The position numbers and the translations under genes were made by a program. 64,000 nucleotides of DNA, from positions 8,890 through 72,889 of the forward strand of contig CAWDQD010000009.1 of NCBI GenBank assembly GCA_963804385.1, read 5' to 3'. The notes under the pieces were generated by a model, which was not told the origin of the DNA, did no database searches, and saw only the letters and a list, made by a program, of their open reading frames with translations. Origin of the DNA: an uncultured Candidatus Micrarchaeota archaeon. GTDB lineage: Archaea; Micrarchaeota; Micrarchaeia; Anstonellales; Bilamarchaeaceae. Positions 55,649 to 64,000 of the stretch are shown here, one piece after another; the stretch's first letter is position 1, and every line of letters starts with the position of its first letter.

Positions 55649-58207
55649 ATGCCTGATCTGGCGAGCACGAAAATCAAGAGAAAAATATACCGCTTTGAAA
55701 TTAAGCGGCGCTACACGTACGAAGGCCACTATCGCATCAAGGAGCGGCCTCCTATTGAGCGCATAAAGGATGCCCTCCGCAGCTTCACGGCTCCCAAGAA
55801 AGAAGAGAAGCGAGCGGTCGTCGCATCAGCTCCGCCTCCAGGCGGATTCAATTTCCTGGTCATGGGTGCGGCGATAGCGGTCGCCCTCATAATATTGCTG
55901 CTTGCAGGGCTATATCTCGCTGTCCAGGCGGTCCCGAGCGCCGGCGCTTTCCAGCCGGAGATAGACCGGGGTGTCATCAACGCGACCGTAGACCACGGTG
56001 AGATCCTGACGTTGGGGGATCGCATTACCCCGTCGCATGTGGCCTCGGTGTTCGTCAATTATGATACCGCGAATCTACAGAACCTCACGGTGCAGTTGAC
56101 CGCCTACGATCAACGCATCCCATCCGAGGTCTTCGTGCTCGTCTCGGATCGCTCCGAAGAGACCAAATCTTATCCCGATTTCGTGCGGATCCTGAGGTCT
56201 GACCTCGCGACGCGCCAGATACTCCTGAACGAGATCACGATACAGCAGCTTGCGACCCTTCCGGAAGGCGCCATGGTGATTGTCCCGTCGGGGGTGGTGC
56301 CTGAAGGGCTCTTAGGCGTCGACAGCCCCGTCACGATGGACAGCCTGGCAAGCAAAGGCGTCATCGTCATCTATATCGGCCAGCCTTTCACATACATGCT
56401 CAATGGCAGCCTTTCGGTACTGACGCCCCAAGACACACTCAACTCATTACCCGTTTCATTCGATGAGAGCGCAGATATCAGTTCGACCCCGGATTTCCAT
56501 CTAAAGCAGCCGCTTTACCGTGTATCCGCACTTGGCGGATGGACCGCCAACATGATCTATGGCTCCGTCAGCGTGCTGGAAAAAGGCGACGGAGCATTCA
56601 TATTCGTGCCGCAGACGTTGGATTCAGGATGGGATAACGCGACGGTGGCCGCAGACGATATCGCGACGATGGTGTTCGACACCCCGTGGATAACGCCCGA
56701 TGGCGACCCCAGCAGCTATGTGTTCACGAACCAGACGCAATATTCAGGCAGTCGTTACTTCTTCACCAACACGTTCACTCCTGCGAACGCTACGATCAAA
56801 GTGGAATTCATAGGATATCCGCTGGTTTCCAGCAATCCTGTCCGCGAGACGGTCCTGCTCAGGGCGGAATCGATGACAAGCAACGCCCTGGTGGTGGAGC
56901 AGAGCGGGCAGGTGATACCATATAACGTCACCGGGCAGCCGACCAGGATGAACGCGCGCCTGCGCGAACCAATCGCTGCGCAACCCGACATGTTCCTGAA
57001 CATATTCGATGTCAATGGCACCGAAGCGGAAAGCGTCCCAGAGGGTAACATCAATGTCCAATCCGATGAATCTTTCGATCCGCATATAGACGTCGATCGC
57101 GGCGAGTACATAGTCCGTCTCATGGACGATTCAGGCAAGGTGTACGCCCAGACCTACATGGATGTCGTTTCACCCGATATCCAATACGCCGGAGAGGATC
57201 AGCAAAAACAGTCCCTCTATAATTTCAACATCGAGCTGGCTGGCCAGCCATACACCCTCAGTGACCTGTCGGTGTCCGTAGATGAGGGCCAGTACGGCAC
57301 CTTCAAGTTCAATAATGTCAACAGCATCCAGGTGGATGTCACGAACACCGGCGGCCAGTCGCTTCCGTACGGGAACCACAGCTTCAGTTTCACGGCCGGA
57401 GATTACAAGACCGTCATCTACGTCCCCCATACCAGAGCCCAGACGCTCTTCGACAACCCCCTGTTCTGGCTGGTCGGCATCTTCACTGTCGGTATAGTAG
57501 GCATCGGCGTCTTCTTCGCCAGGCAGGAGGACGTGTTCTTCTCGATAGACATACCGGACTTCCCGCCCGTGGCTCGGACCCGGATACCATTATCGCCCGA
57601 CGTCGTCATCAGCATCTTCACTAAGATTAACGACACCTACAGATGGCAGAACACCCCCCTCACAGCCAACGAGGTCAAGAACGGTTTCAAGGACATATTC
57701 TTCCAGGGCAAGCCCATCATAATCACGGATTACAACGTCGAATACCTCCTTGATGACCTGGAGAAGAAAGGCCGGGTGAAGGAAGCGCTCGGCTACTACG
57801 GGCTCAGCGAATGGGCCGATAAGACGAAACGAAGCATGGATTATATGGCTCTGATGAGGCGCTTGAGGGACATCTGCGTCAACAACGCCATCCCCTTCAC
57901 CGGCCTTGGTGAGTCCGAGGAGGCCGATAGCGTGATAACCGTGGTCGGCCAGCAGATGTTCGTGCACTTCTTCGATAAGAGCTCGGACGTTTCCCAGATA
58001 ATCGGGAGTTCGCTATCCACGATAAGCAAGGGCATAACGATAATCCTATTCAAGAACAACAGCGAGAAGGAGGCGTTCCAGAATATGCTGGTCTCCTCGC
58101 CTTCGGCCGCGCCTATGATAACCAAGATGGAAGCGGAAGGCGGATCGTTGCAGTTCCTGACGGCCGAAGAATTCGAGAAGATGCTCATGGAATTCAAATC
58201 GATGTGA
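55649..58207 (+). CDS. Large (852 aa) bitopic membrane protein: basic cytoplasmic N-tail, TM, ~500-aa extracytoplasmic sequon-rich domain, second TM, ~230-aa cytoplasmic C-domain
   Basis: TM1 FNFLVMGAAIAVALIILLLAGLYLAV, TM2 LFWLVGIFTVGIVGIGVFFA. At least eight N-x-S/T sequons lie between them (NATV, NLTV, NGSL, NQTQ, NATI, NVTG, NGTE, NHSF). Confidence 0.55.
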   Translation: MPDLASTKIKRKIYRFEIKRRYTYEGHYRIKERPPIERIKDALRSFTAPKKEEKRAVVASAPPPGGFNFLVMGAAIAVALIILLLAGLYLAVQAVPSAGAFQPEIDRGVINATVDHGEILTLGDRITPSHVASVFVNYDTANLQNLTVQLTAYDQRIPSEVFVLVSDRSEETKSYPDFVRILRSDLATRQILLNEITIQQLATLPEGAMVIVPSGVVPEGLLGVDSPVTMDSLASKGVIVIYIGQPFTYMLNGSLSVLTPQDTLNSLPVSFDESADISSTPDFHLKQPLYRVSALGGWTANMIYGSVSVLEKGDGAFIFVPQTLDSGWDNATVAADDIATMVFDTPWITPDGDPSSYVFTNQTQYSGSRYFFTNTFTPANATIKVEFIGYPLVSSNPVRETVLLRAESMTSNALVVEQSGQVIPYNVTGQPTRMNARLREPIAAQPDMFLNIFDVNGTEAESVPEGNINVQSDESFDPHIDVDRGEYIVRLMDDSGKVYAQTYMDVVSPDIQYAGEDQQKQSLYNFNIELAGQPYTLSDLSVSVDEGQYGTFKFNNVNSIQVDVTNTGGQSLPYGNHSFSFTAGDYKTVIYVPHTRAQTLFDNPLFWLVGIFTVGIVGIGVFFARQEDVFFSIDIPDFPPVARTRIPLSPDVVISIFTKINDTYRWQNTPLTANEVKNGFKDIFFQGKPIIITDYNVEYLLDDLEKKGRVKEALGYYGLSEWADKTKRSMDYMALMRRLRDICVNNAIPFTGLGESEEADSVITVVGQQMFVHFFDKSSDVSQIIGSSLSTISKGITIILFKNNSEKEAFQNMLVSSPSAAPMITKMEAEGGSLQFLTAEEFEKMLMEFKSM

Positions 58208-58285
58208 CATTCGTTTATGGGCAGCTGAATTGTGTAATATTATGGAAAAGAAAGGTTTATAAGTAGTTTTGGCTTATAGTCATCC

Positions 58286-59485
58286 ATGCAAGCGTTAGCG
58301 GATAGGATTCCTACAAGGCCCAGCATTTACGGAAAACCACCCCAACCGCTGATAGATCGCTATCCGAAAGCGTACAAGATTCGAGCGCCTTACAATTTTA
58401 AGATGTACAGCGCCCAAACCACGGAATTCGCCGAATTTTTCAGGGAACTGGTGAAAGACGCGAAGCAGCCATTGGATCCTGCAGAGCTTCGCAGGCTCAT
58501 GGCAATAGGCCTTATCAGCAAACCTCCGAACGACATCGCCATAGAAGCTGCAGGCAGGGAAATCGTGATACGCGGGCTCCACAAGTATCTGGCTGGCTGC
58601 ATATTTCTCCGAAGCGTATATCTCCACTATAATGGTGATTCGGAAAAAGCGAACGACTTCAGTTTGAATGCGATAGGGAATATCGAAAAGTGGAAATATT
58701 GGCCATTCGAATTAGACCTCACCAACATGGAACGTTCGATATCCGCTTTTCATGCTTTGGCACATTTCATACCCGGGTCCAATCCAAGAGAAATCGGGGG
58801 GATGCTTGCTGCTTTTTATGCTGTGGAAGGGCAGCAGACCGAAATTCAAAGCGACGTGAATATCAATCCGGCCGTTTTAGACGCATTGGCAATATATATA
58901 CGTCAAAGAAAGAAGGACGACCTTCTCTGGTCTATATTTCCCTATGCTTTTGACAACAGTTATGCCGTATTAGGGAATACGCTTTCAGATAGCCACATCG
59001 GAACTTGCGATATAGAGACAAAATTCACAAGCGATCATATTGCAGTATTGCTCCAGCATCCCTGCGAAGCGGACCATCTGGAGAAGGCCAAATTGATGCT
59101 GGACCGAGGCGTGCGGGTCGAACGGCCTTTGGGGCGATTGCTCATAGACGAAATGCAATTCTCTTTGTTCCAATGGGTTCCTGGCCAGAAGTTGGATCAT
59201 ATGTACGGCGCGGCAGATGTCTGGGAAGCGTACGGGAGATTCGTAAGATCGTGCCACAATAATGGTATCGCTCTCGATGACGCTGCAGGGAGGAACGCCA
59301 TCTGGAATGGAAGAGAAATAACCGGAATCGATTTCGAGCACACCTGGTTTTCAGAAGAGGCAAAGCCTCTGGAATGGGCCGACCGCAGGAAAGGGATAGA
59401 GCGGATCAGAACGGAGCTTGGTTACGATTTTAAACCGGTATATGCGGCATTCAGAAAGGGATATGACGCTTCAGAGCATCTCTAA
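58286..59485 (+). CDS. Hypothetical protein (399 aa), possible atypical kinase-like fold at C-terminus
   Basis: Clean ORF with an upstream TATA (AAGGTTTATAAGTAG). The C-terminal block GIALDDAAGRNAIWNG...ITGIDFEHTWF loosely resembles a protein-kinase-like catalytic loop plus a DFG-like segment. Weak. Confidence 0.4.
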   Translation: MQALADRIPTRPSIYGKPPQPLIDRYPKAYKIRAPYNFKMYSAQTTEFAEFFRELVKDAKQPLDPAELRRLMAIGLISKPPNDIAIEAAGREIVIRGLHKYLAGCIFLRSVYLHYNGDSEKANDFSLNAIGNIEKWKYWPFELDLTNMERSISAFHALAHFIPGSNPREIGGMLAAFYAVEGQQTEIQSDVNINPAVLDALAIYIRQRKKDDLLWSIFPYAFDNSYAVLGNTLSDSHIGTCDIETKFTSDHIAVLLQHPCEADHLEKAKLMLDRGVRVERPLGRLLIDEMQFSLFQWVPGQKLDHMYGAADVWEAYGRFVRSCHNNGIALDDAAGRNAIWNGREITGIDFEHTWFSEEAKPLEWADRRKGIERIRTELGYDFKPVYAAFRKGYDASEHL

Positions 59486-59851
59486 TACTGGTTCCGCGTT
59501 CATGGTCAACTTCATGTATTTAGCCTCATGCGGCATCACCCATCTGAATTCTGTGTGCTCTCCGGAGAGCACCACATCATTGCCGCGGGATTCGCCTTTG
59601 TACACGATATAGACTGAATGCTTCTCGTCCAGCTCTTTCTCATAAGTAGCCGATGTTATCATGAAAAAGGACAGGTTCTGCGCGCTCAGGCCCGTTTCCT
59701 CGCGCGTCTCCCTGAGTGCGGTATCCTGGGGGTTCTCGCCCCATTCCACCCCGCCTCCGGGGAACTCCCATAGTTCGCTCTTGCGCTTCAGGAGGAGCAC
59801 CCTGCCCTCGTTGAAAAGGACAAGATACGCGTTGAGTTCCTGGACCTTCAA
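59471..59851 (-). CDS. NUDIX hydrolase
   Basis: 126 aa. Nudix box GGGVEWGENPQDTALRETREETGL. Confidence 0.8.
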   Translation of the reverse strand: MKVQELNAYLVLFNEGRVLLLKRKSELWEFPGGGVEWGENPQDTALRETREETGLSAQNLSFFMITSATYEKELDEKHSVYIVYKGESRGNDVVLSGEHTEFRWVMPHEAKYMKLTMNAEPVLEML

Positions 59852-59855
59852 AAAC

Positions 59856-60542
59856 TCACTTCTTCTTCTCGAACAGTTCCGCGATGCCTTTCTCGTCTAT
59901 GAATTCCATCATCTTGTTGCAGCGCTCGCAGCGGAATTCGCACCCTGCGGCCGATTCGAAATTGGTGATGCTCTCGGTGCCGCATGAGGGGCAGAAATAG
60001 AACTCCGAGCCTGCATCTGCTCCTAGGTGGCTCATCTTCGAATTATGGCTGGTCACCCACCTTTCCATCCTCTCGTGGTTGAGAGACCAGCTATACGAAT
60101 ACCATCCGGTTTCGCTATCCTTTTCACGGATGTAGTTCACAAGCCCTTCATTATGGAGCTTATTGAGGGTGGCGCGAACATCGCTTATCTTGATTTTGAG
60201 CCTTTTCGCCAGATCCTCGTCGCTCAGGTTGCCTGAGAAATTGCGTACGATGGCGAGCGCGTTCTCGCCGCCAATCCCTATGAGATCCTGCCTGATCCTG
60301 CAGTCGCTGAGTATCGTGATGACCCTCCTCATGAGGGCCTGCTCCTCTACTCCGCTCATGCGCACCGGTTTTGGCGCTTCCGGAGGGGAAATCGCCTTCT
60401 TGGCGATTTTCAGCTTCTTCGTCGGAGCCTTCTTAGGCGTCGCCTTAGCCTTCTTAGGCATTGCCTTCTTTAGTGCCGCCGTTTTCTTCGGAATAGGAGT
60501 TTTCTTAGATTTCTTGACTACCAAAGTATCACCAGTACACAC
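59856..60542 (-). CDS. tfe: Transcription factor E alpha (TFE) with Lys-rich N-terminal extension
   Basis: 228 aa. Winged helix (LSDEDLAKRLKIKISDVRATLNKLHNEGLV) plus C-terminal Zn ribbon CPSCG...CERC. The N-terminal ~60 aa is KKSKKTPIPKKTAALKKAMPKKAKATPKKAPTKKLKIAKK. Confidence 0.7.
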   Translation of the reverse strand: MCTGDTLVVKKSKKTPIPKKTAALKKAMPKKAKATPKKAPTKKLKIAKKAISPPEAPKPVRMSGVEEQALMRRVITILSDCRIRQDLIGIGGENALAIVRNFSGNLSDEDLAKRLKIKISDVRATLNKLHNEGLVNYIREKDSETGWYSYSWSLNHERMERWVTSHNSKMSHLGADAGSEFYFCPSCGTESITNFESAAGCEFRCERCNKMMEFIDEKGIAELFEKKK

Positions 60543-60621
60543 CGTGCAACATATATTTACGCATTTTTCATATATAAAGCTATTGTTTTACGCTTTCTGG
60601 TGTGTTGTGGGCCCTTATTGT

Positions 60622-61797
60622 CTATCCGGGCACCTTCCTCCCCAAGATGCGGTTGTACGTCTTAATCATCATGTCTACACTGGCTTGTATGGTGTATTTC
60701 TTGGAGGTCCTGCAGCCCGCATCGCCCATCCGTTCCCGAAGCTTCTTATCAGAGAGGAGCTTGTCGATTGCCCCTGCCAACTCGCCGGGGTTGCTCGGTT
60801 CAACCAAAAACCCCGTCTTTCCGTCCTGGATGACCTCTTTCGGGCCCAGCTTCCGCACTCCGACAACCGGGCAGCCCATGTGCATGGCCTCCACGAATGT
60901 CATGCCGAACGTCTCCGTGTCTGAAGCGGATGCGAAGACATCGGCGCATGCGTACGCCGCCCCCAGTTGCTTATCAGCCACGAATCCCGTGAAGATGACA
61001 TTCTCGAGCCCCATTGTGGCCGCAAGGCTCTTGAAATTCCGGATATACGGCCCGCCACCGGCAATCACCAGGATCGTATCATTCCGTTCCATCATTCCGA
61101 ATGCTTCCAGGAGGACATCGAGCCGCTTCTCGAAGCTTATCCGTCCTAGATAAAGGACGATTTTCTTGCCTTTGGGGATGTTGTGGGCTTTTTTGAAAGC
61201 CGAGACGTCTTTCGGAGAGCATGCGAGCTTCCGCATATCTATCCCGTTGGGAACGTATTCGACATTGCGCAGGCCATATGACCGCAGCTCTTCCACCAAC
61301 TCCATCGTGGGTGCGGTCACGGCATCAGCGTTCCGGAACATGTACTTCACGAACTTCTTGGCCGTGTATTCGCTCAACCTCCTCAGGGGCTTGGGGAGTT
61401 TCCCATTCAGTAAGTGGGGGACATAATCCGGGAAATGCGTATGGTAGGTGATGATAGTGGGTATATGCTTGCGTCCCGCAGAGATCACTCCCTGGAGCCC
61501 GAGGTTTATAGGTGCGTGTGCATGTACGATGTCCGGTTTTTCCTCTCTAAGGATGGCGCTGACGCGGCCATAATCCATGGATGCTATGCGATAGCCTTCG
61601 TAGAACGGGAATGGTACGGATGGCATCCAATGTATCTTGAAGTTGCCATTCACCTGTTCCGTCCGCATCGGTCCCTGCCCTGGGGCGAATAGCACGATCT
61701 CATGGTTTTCGGACAGGACGCCTATCGCATCATGGATGTAGGCGACCACGCCGTTGGTCTGCGGCAGGTAGGTATCCGTGAATATCGCTATCTTCAT
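60622..61797 (-). CDS. Family-4 (GT-B) glycosyltransferase
   Basis: 391 aa. MKIAIFTDTYLPQTNGV, EAxxxGxPVV and the E-x7-E region are typical of group-1 glycosyltransferases. Confidence 0.85.
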   Translation of the reverse strand: MKIAIFTDTYLPQTNGVVAYIHDAIGVLSENHEIVLFAPGQGPMRTEQVNGNFKIHWMPSVPFPFYEGYRIASMDYGRVSAILREEKPDIVHAHAPINLGLQGVISAGRKHIPTIITYHTHFPDYVPHLLNGKLPKPLRRLSEYTAKKFVKYMFRNADAVTAPTMELVEELRSYGLRNVEYVPNGIDMRKLACSPKDVSAFKKAHNIPKGKKIVLYLGRISFEKRLDVLLEAFGMMERNDTILVIAGGGPYIRNFKSLAATMGLENVIFTGFVADKQLGAAYACADVFASASDTETFGMTFVEAMHMGCPVVGVRKLGPKEVIQDGKTGFLVEPSNPGELAGAIDKLLSDKKLRERMGDAGCRTSKKYTIQASVDMMIKTYNRILGRKVPG

Positions 61798-61833
61798 GGC
61801 AAATCAAGCGTGAAAGAAGAATAAAAAGATATG

Positions 61834-63117
61834 TTATCCCGTGCCGTTGCTGGGTGCAGTGCTGGTGGTCGTGTTGTCGATGTAGTTCATGAACGCGTTG
61901 GCCTGTGCTTCTGTCGCGTTGTCTACGTGCGTCGAATTGCCCGTCTGATTCTGAGGCATCGATGGCAGCGTAGTTGTCACATTGGTTTGTGTCTGATTGA
62001 TCTGCGGTATCGGCATGGCAGCCTGTTCGCAGAGCTGGACTTTGCTGGAGTTCATAATCTCGGAGCAGTACGTATCGTTCTTATTCGCTCCCGCGAGTTC
62101 TATGAAGCAATCGTCCTTGTACGAAGCATCAGTCACATCATCGCATATGGAGCTGTTTTTCAGCAAAGGCACCAGTGACACCAAGCATTGGTCCTTTCTT
62201 GCCCCGGCTATCATGCAGATGTCCGAGCGTTCCTGCTCCATCGCCTCGGTGGCGATGCATTTGTCCCGTTCATCACCGGTTTTTTCCGTGACGCATGATA
62301 CGAGGTATGACTGCTCATTCCTTTCATTCATCAGGACTGCCACTGCATCGCCGCTCATGTTCTGCGGAGGGGTTATCGTGACCTGTGCATTCGGGATCAG
62401 AGAGATGAGTTGGAACTCCGAGGTATAATTGATTCCATTGTAAGTGTAGTTGAATGACCTGTCATAGAGGTAGCCCGTCTGATTGTCTACGCACATGCTC
62501 CAGTAGAATATCTTCGGGGTCGTGGCTCCGACTCCGAATCTGGCCGCATCATCTAGGCTCATATTGGTCATGTTCAGGACGTACCGTATGGCGTCGCAAC
62601 CATGGCCGTTGATGCTCTCTTTGGTGACGGTCGGATCGAGCATTATGTATCCCCTATCCAGCAAGTATGTCGTATCAACATCGTTGGCATCTATGATTGT
62701 GTCATTGAAATAGTTGATGCTTATCGAATCGAGATAATTCTCCACGTCCGCATTCCCAGAGATATAAGAGCACCCCTGCTCATCGCCGTATGTGATGCAC
62801 AGTATCGTGCCGTTCTCCAAATAGTATATCTCCTTCGTGGATATGGGGTTCTGCACGATGGCTTCCCTTTCGGCGCCTTGATCCAAGAGCGTATAAGTGG
62901 TGTTATACCCGTTTGATATATCGCTGAACGAGTAGGAATACGTTTTCTGGCCTTTTCCGAAAAGCACCGCTTTATGGAGTATCGATTCGGCCGCGGTCAT
63001 ATTCGGAGGCTTTGCAGGGGCTGTCGGGGCCGCCGGCATCGTGGTGAACACGATATATAACGCGAAAACCACAAGCACTACTATAACTGCCAGGAGTATC
63101 TTCTGCTGGTATTCCAT
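61834..63117 (-). CDS. Membrane-anchored, heavily sequon-decorated surface protein
   Basis: 427 aa. N-terminal signal anchor ILLAVIVVLVVFALYIVF. At least eighteen N-x-S/T sequons. Lies next to the GT4 gene. Confidence 0.5.
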   Translation of the reverse strand: MEYQQKILLAVIVVLVVFALYIVFTTMPAAPTAPAKPPNMTAAESILHKAVLFGKGQKTYSYSFSDISNGYNTTYTLLDQGAEREAIVQNPISTKEIYYLENGTILCITYGDEQGCSYISGNADVENYLDSISINYFNDTIIDANDVDTTYLLDRGYIMLDPTVTKESINGHGCDAIRYVLNMTNMSLDDAARFGVGATTPKIFYWSMCVDNQTGYLYDRSFNYTYNGINYTSEFQLISLIPNAQVTITPPQNMSGDAVAVLMNERNEQSYLVSCVTEKTGDERDKCIATEAMEQERSDICMIAGARKDQCLVSLVPLLKNSSICDDVTDASYKDDCFIELAGANKNDTYCSEIMNSSKVQLCEQAAMPIPQINQTQTNVTTTLPSMPQNQTGNSTHVDNATEAQANAFMNYIDNTTTSTAPSNGTG

Positions 63118-63236
63118 ATTCTCATCCTCTAGTCCGGCATCTGTGCCAACAGAGTGCCAAAGAACTATCGTAACCCTTTGTAACCATCCTTCTTAAATCT
63201 TTTTCTGCATCTCAATATATTATCAACGGTGACTTC

Positions 63237-63674
63237 ATGGGAATGCTAGATTCTATACTTGGAAAACAGGAAATGAAATCAGAGCCTTCGGTAGCATCAG
63301 GGAAATCAACCAATCCGTTCGCGGTTAGCCTCTCGTTCGCTCCGTTGCGCTTGGCTGCCAACAAGGCGAGTTCCATCAGTCTCGTCGTGAAAGTGAAGAA
63401 CATCTCATCAGACCCGCAGATCGTCTCTGTCGACGCCCTGCTGCCAAAAGACGTCATGATCGGTTTCGATCCGGCATGCATAAACAAAGCCGTCGAGAAA
63501 CGCGTGGGCGAGCTCAAGTCCGGAGAGACCAAAGACATCCAGATACTCGTGTGGTCCAACAACCAGACCAAAGAAGGCACATACCCCGTCGATGTCACTG
63601 TCTTCTCCCATTACATCGGGTACGACAAGGTCATGAGCTACATCAAGAAGAATACGACTCTGAGAGCGGCCTAA
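63237..63674 (+). CDS. Hypothetical protein (145 aa), beta-sandwich-like (CARDB/DUF11-like pattern)
   Basis: Alternating hydrophobic pattern LVVKVKNISSDPQIVSVDALLP...GETKDIQILVWS. Weak. Confidence 0.35.
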   Translation: MGMLDSILGKQEMKSEPSVASGKSTNPFAVSLSFAPLRLAANKASSISLVVKVKNISSDPQIVSVDALLPKDVMIGFDPACINKAVEKRVGELKSGETKDIQILVWSNNQTKEGTYPVDVTVFSHYIGYDKVMSYIKKNTTLRAA

Positions 63675-63932
63675 TCATTGGAGCTTGTTCATCAGCTCGT
63701 ATATTATGTTAGCGACCGCGAGCCCTTTCTCAGTGAGTTTCACTATCCTTTTCTTGCCTTTGCTCTCTATGGTCGCGAGCCCGCCTTTCTGCAGTTCAGA
63801 GACCAGATGCGTCACATAGACGTACGAAGTATCGCTGCTTTTCGCTAGCTTTGAGAGATGCCAGGCGCCTTCGGTATCTCGTAAAAGGGTCATTATGCGA
63901 CAGGGTTTGGGTCTCGCGAACAGCTGGAACAT
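63675..63932 (-). CDS. Winged-helix (ArsR/MarR-like) transcriptional regulator
   Basis: 85 aa. CRIMTLLRDTEGAWHLSKLAKSSDTSYVYVTHLVSELQKGGLA (HTH) followed by a beta wing (KGKKRIVKLTEKG). Confidence 0.6.
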   Translation of the reverse strand: MFQLFARPKPCRIMTLLRDTEGAWHLSKLAKSSDTSYVYVTHLVSELQKGGLATIESKGKKRIVKLTEKGLAVANIIYELMNKLQ

Positions 63933-64000
63933 GCGCGCTATTTACCGGCGCTACTTTTAAATGCCTTAAGTTTGGGAAATCCAATGGCTTTAGCCATAGG

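Noticed and set aside
1-64000. Search for CRISPR arrays, rRNA genes, transposases/IS elements and integrases
   Set aside because: No regularly spaced direct repeats, no rRNA-like conserved blocks, and no DDE transposase, tyrosine recombinase or serine recombinase motifs were seen in any long ORF. The accessory blocks are therefore not obviously mobile. A provirus or integrated plasmid cannot be excluded without the flanking sequence.

Overview
This is a gene-dense archaeal chromosomal segment of roughly 55% GC. The evidence for an archaeal origin is a thermosome, ATP-dependent DNA ligase, RpoE'/Spt4, TFB, TFE-alpha, Sec61-beta, SecF/SecD, intron-containing tRNAs, oligo-T terminators and TATA-box promoters. 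Between these housekeeping genes lie several accessory blocks of mostly uncharacterised proteins.

(1) 22.7-30.3 kb holds two tightly packed operons of hypothetical proteins. Each operon ends in a membrane-anchored or secreted cysteine-rich protein, and the two share a paralogous ~95-aa C-terminal domain. A HAD hydrolase and a lipoprotein built from about nine tandem Cys repeats follow.

(2) 51.9-58.2 kb is a five-gene operon. It is centred on a HerA/VirB4-like (DUF87) P-loop ATPase and is flanked by a 2-TM protein, a zinc-ribbon 2-TM protein, a coiled-coil winged-helix-like protein and an 852-aa bitopic, sequon-rich membrane protein. It is a candidate membrane-embedded DNA or protein translocation system.

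(3) A Hanks-type Ser/Thr kinase lies about 4 kb from a 1138-aa protein with a C-terminal PP2C phosphatase domain.

(4) An orphan 819-aa FlaI/GspE-like secretion ATPase carries a long N-terminal extension and an acidic tail.

Two intron-containing tRNAs, Ala(CGC) and Leu(UAA), were found by eye. tRNA-Ala has G3:U70 but non-canonical D- and T-loops. I saw no rRNA, CRISPR array or transposase.
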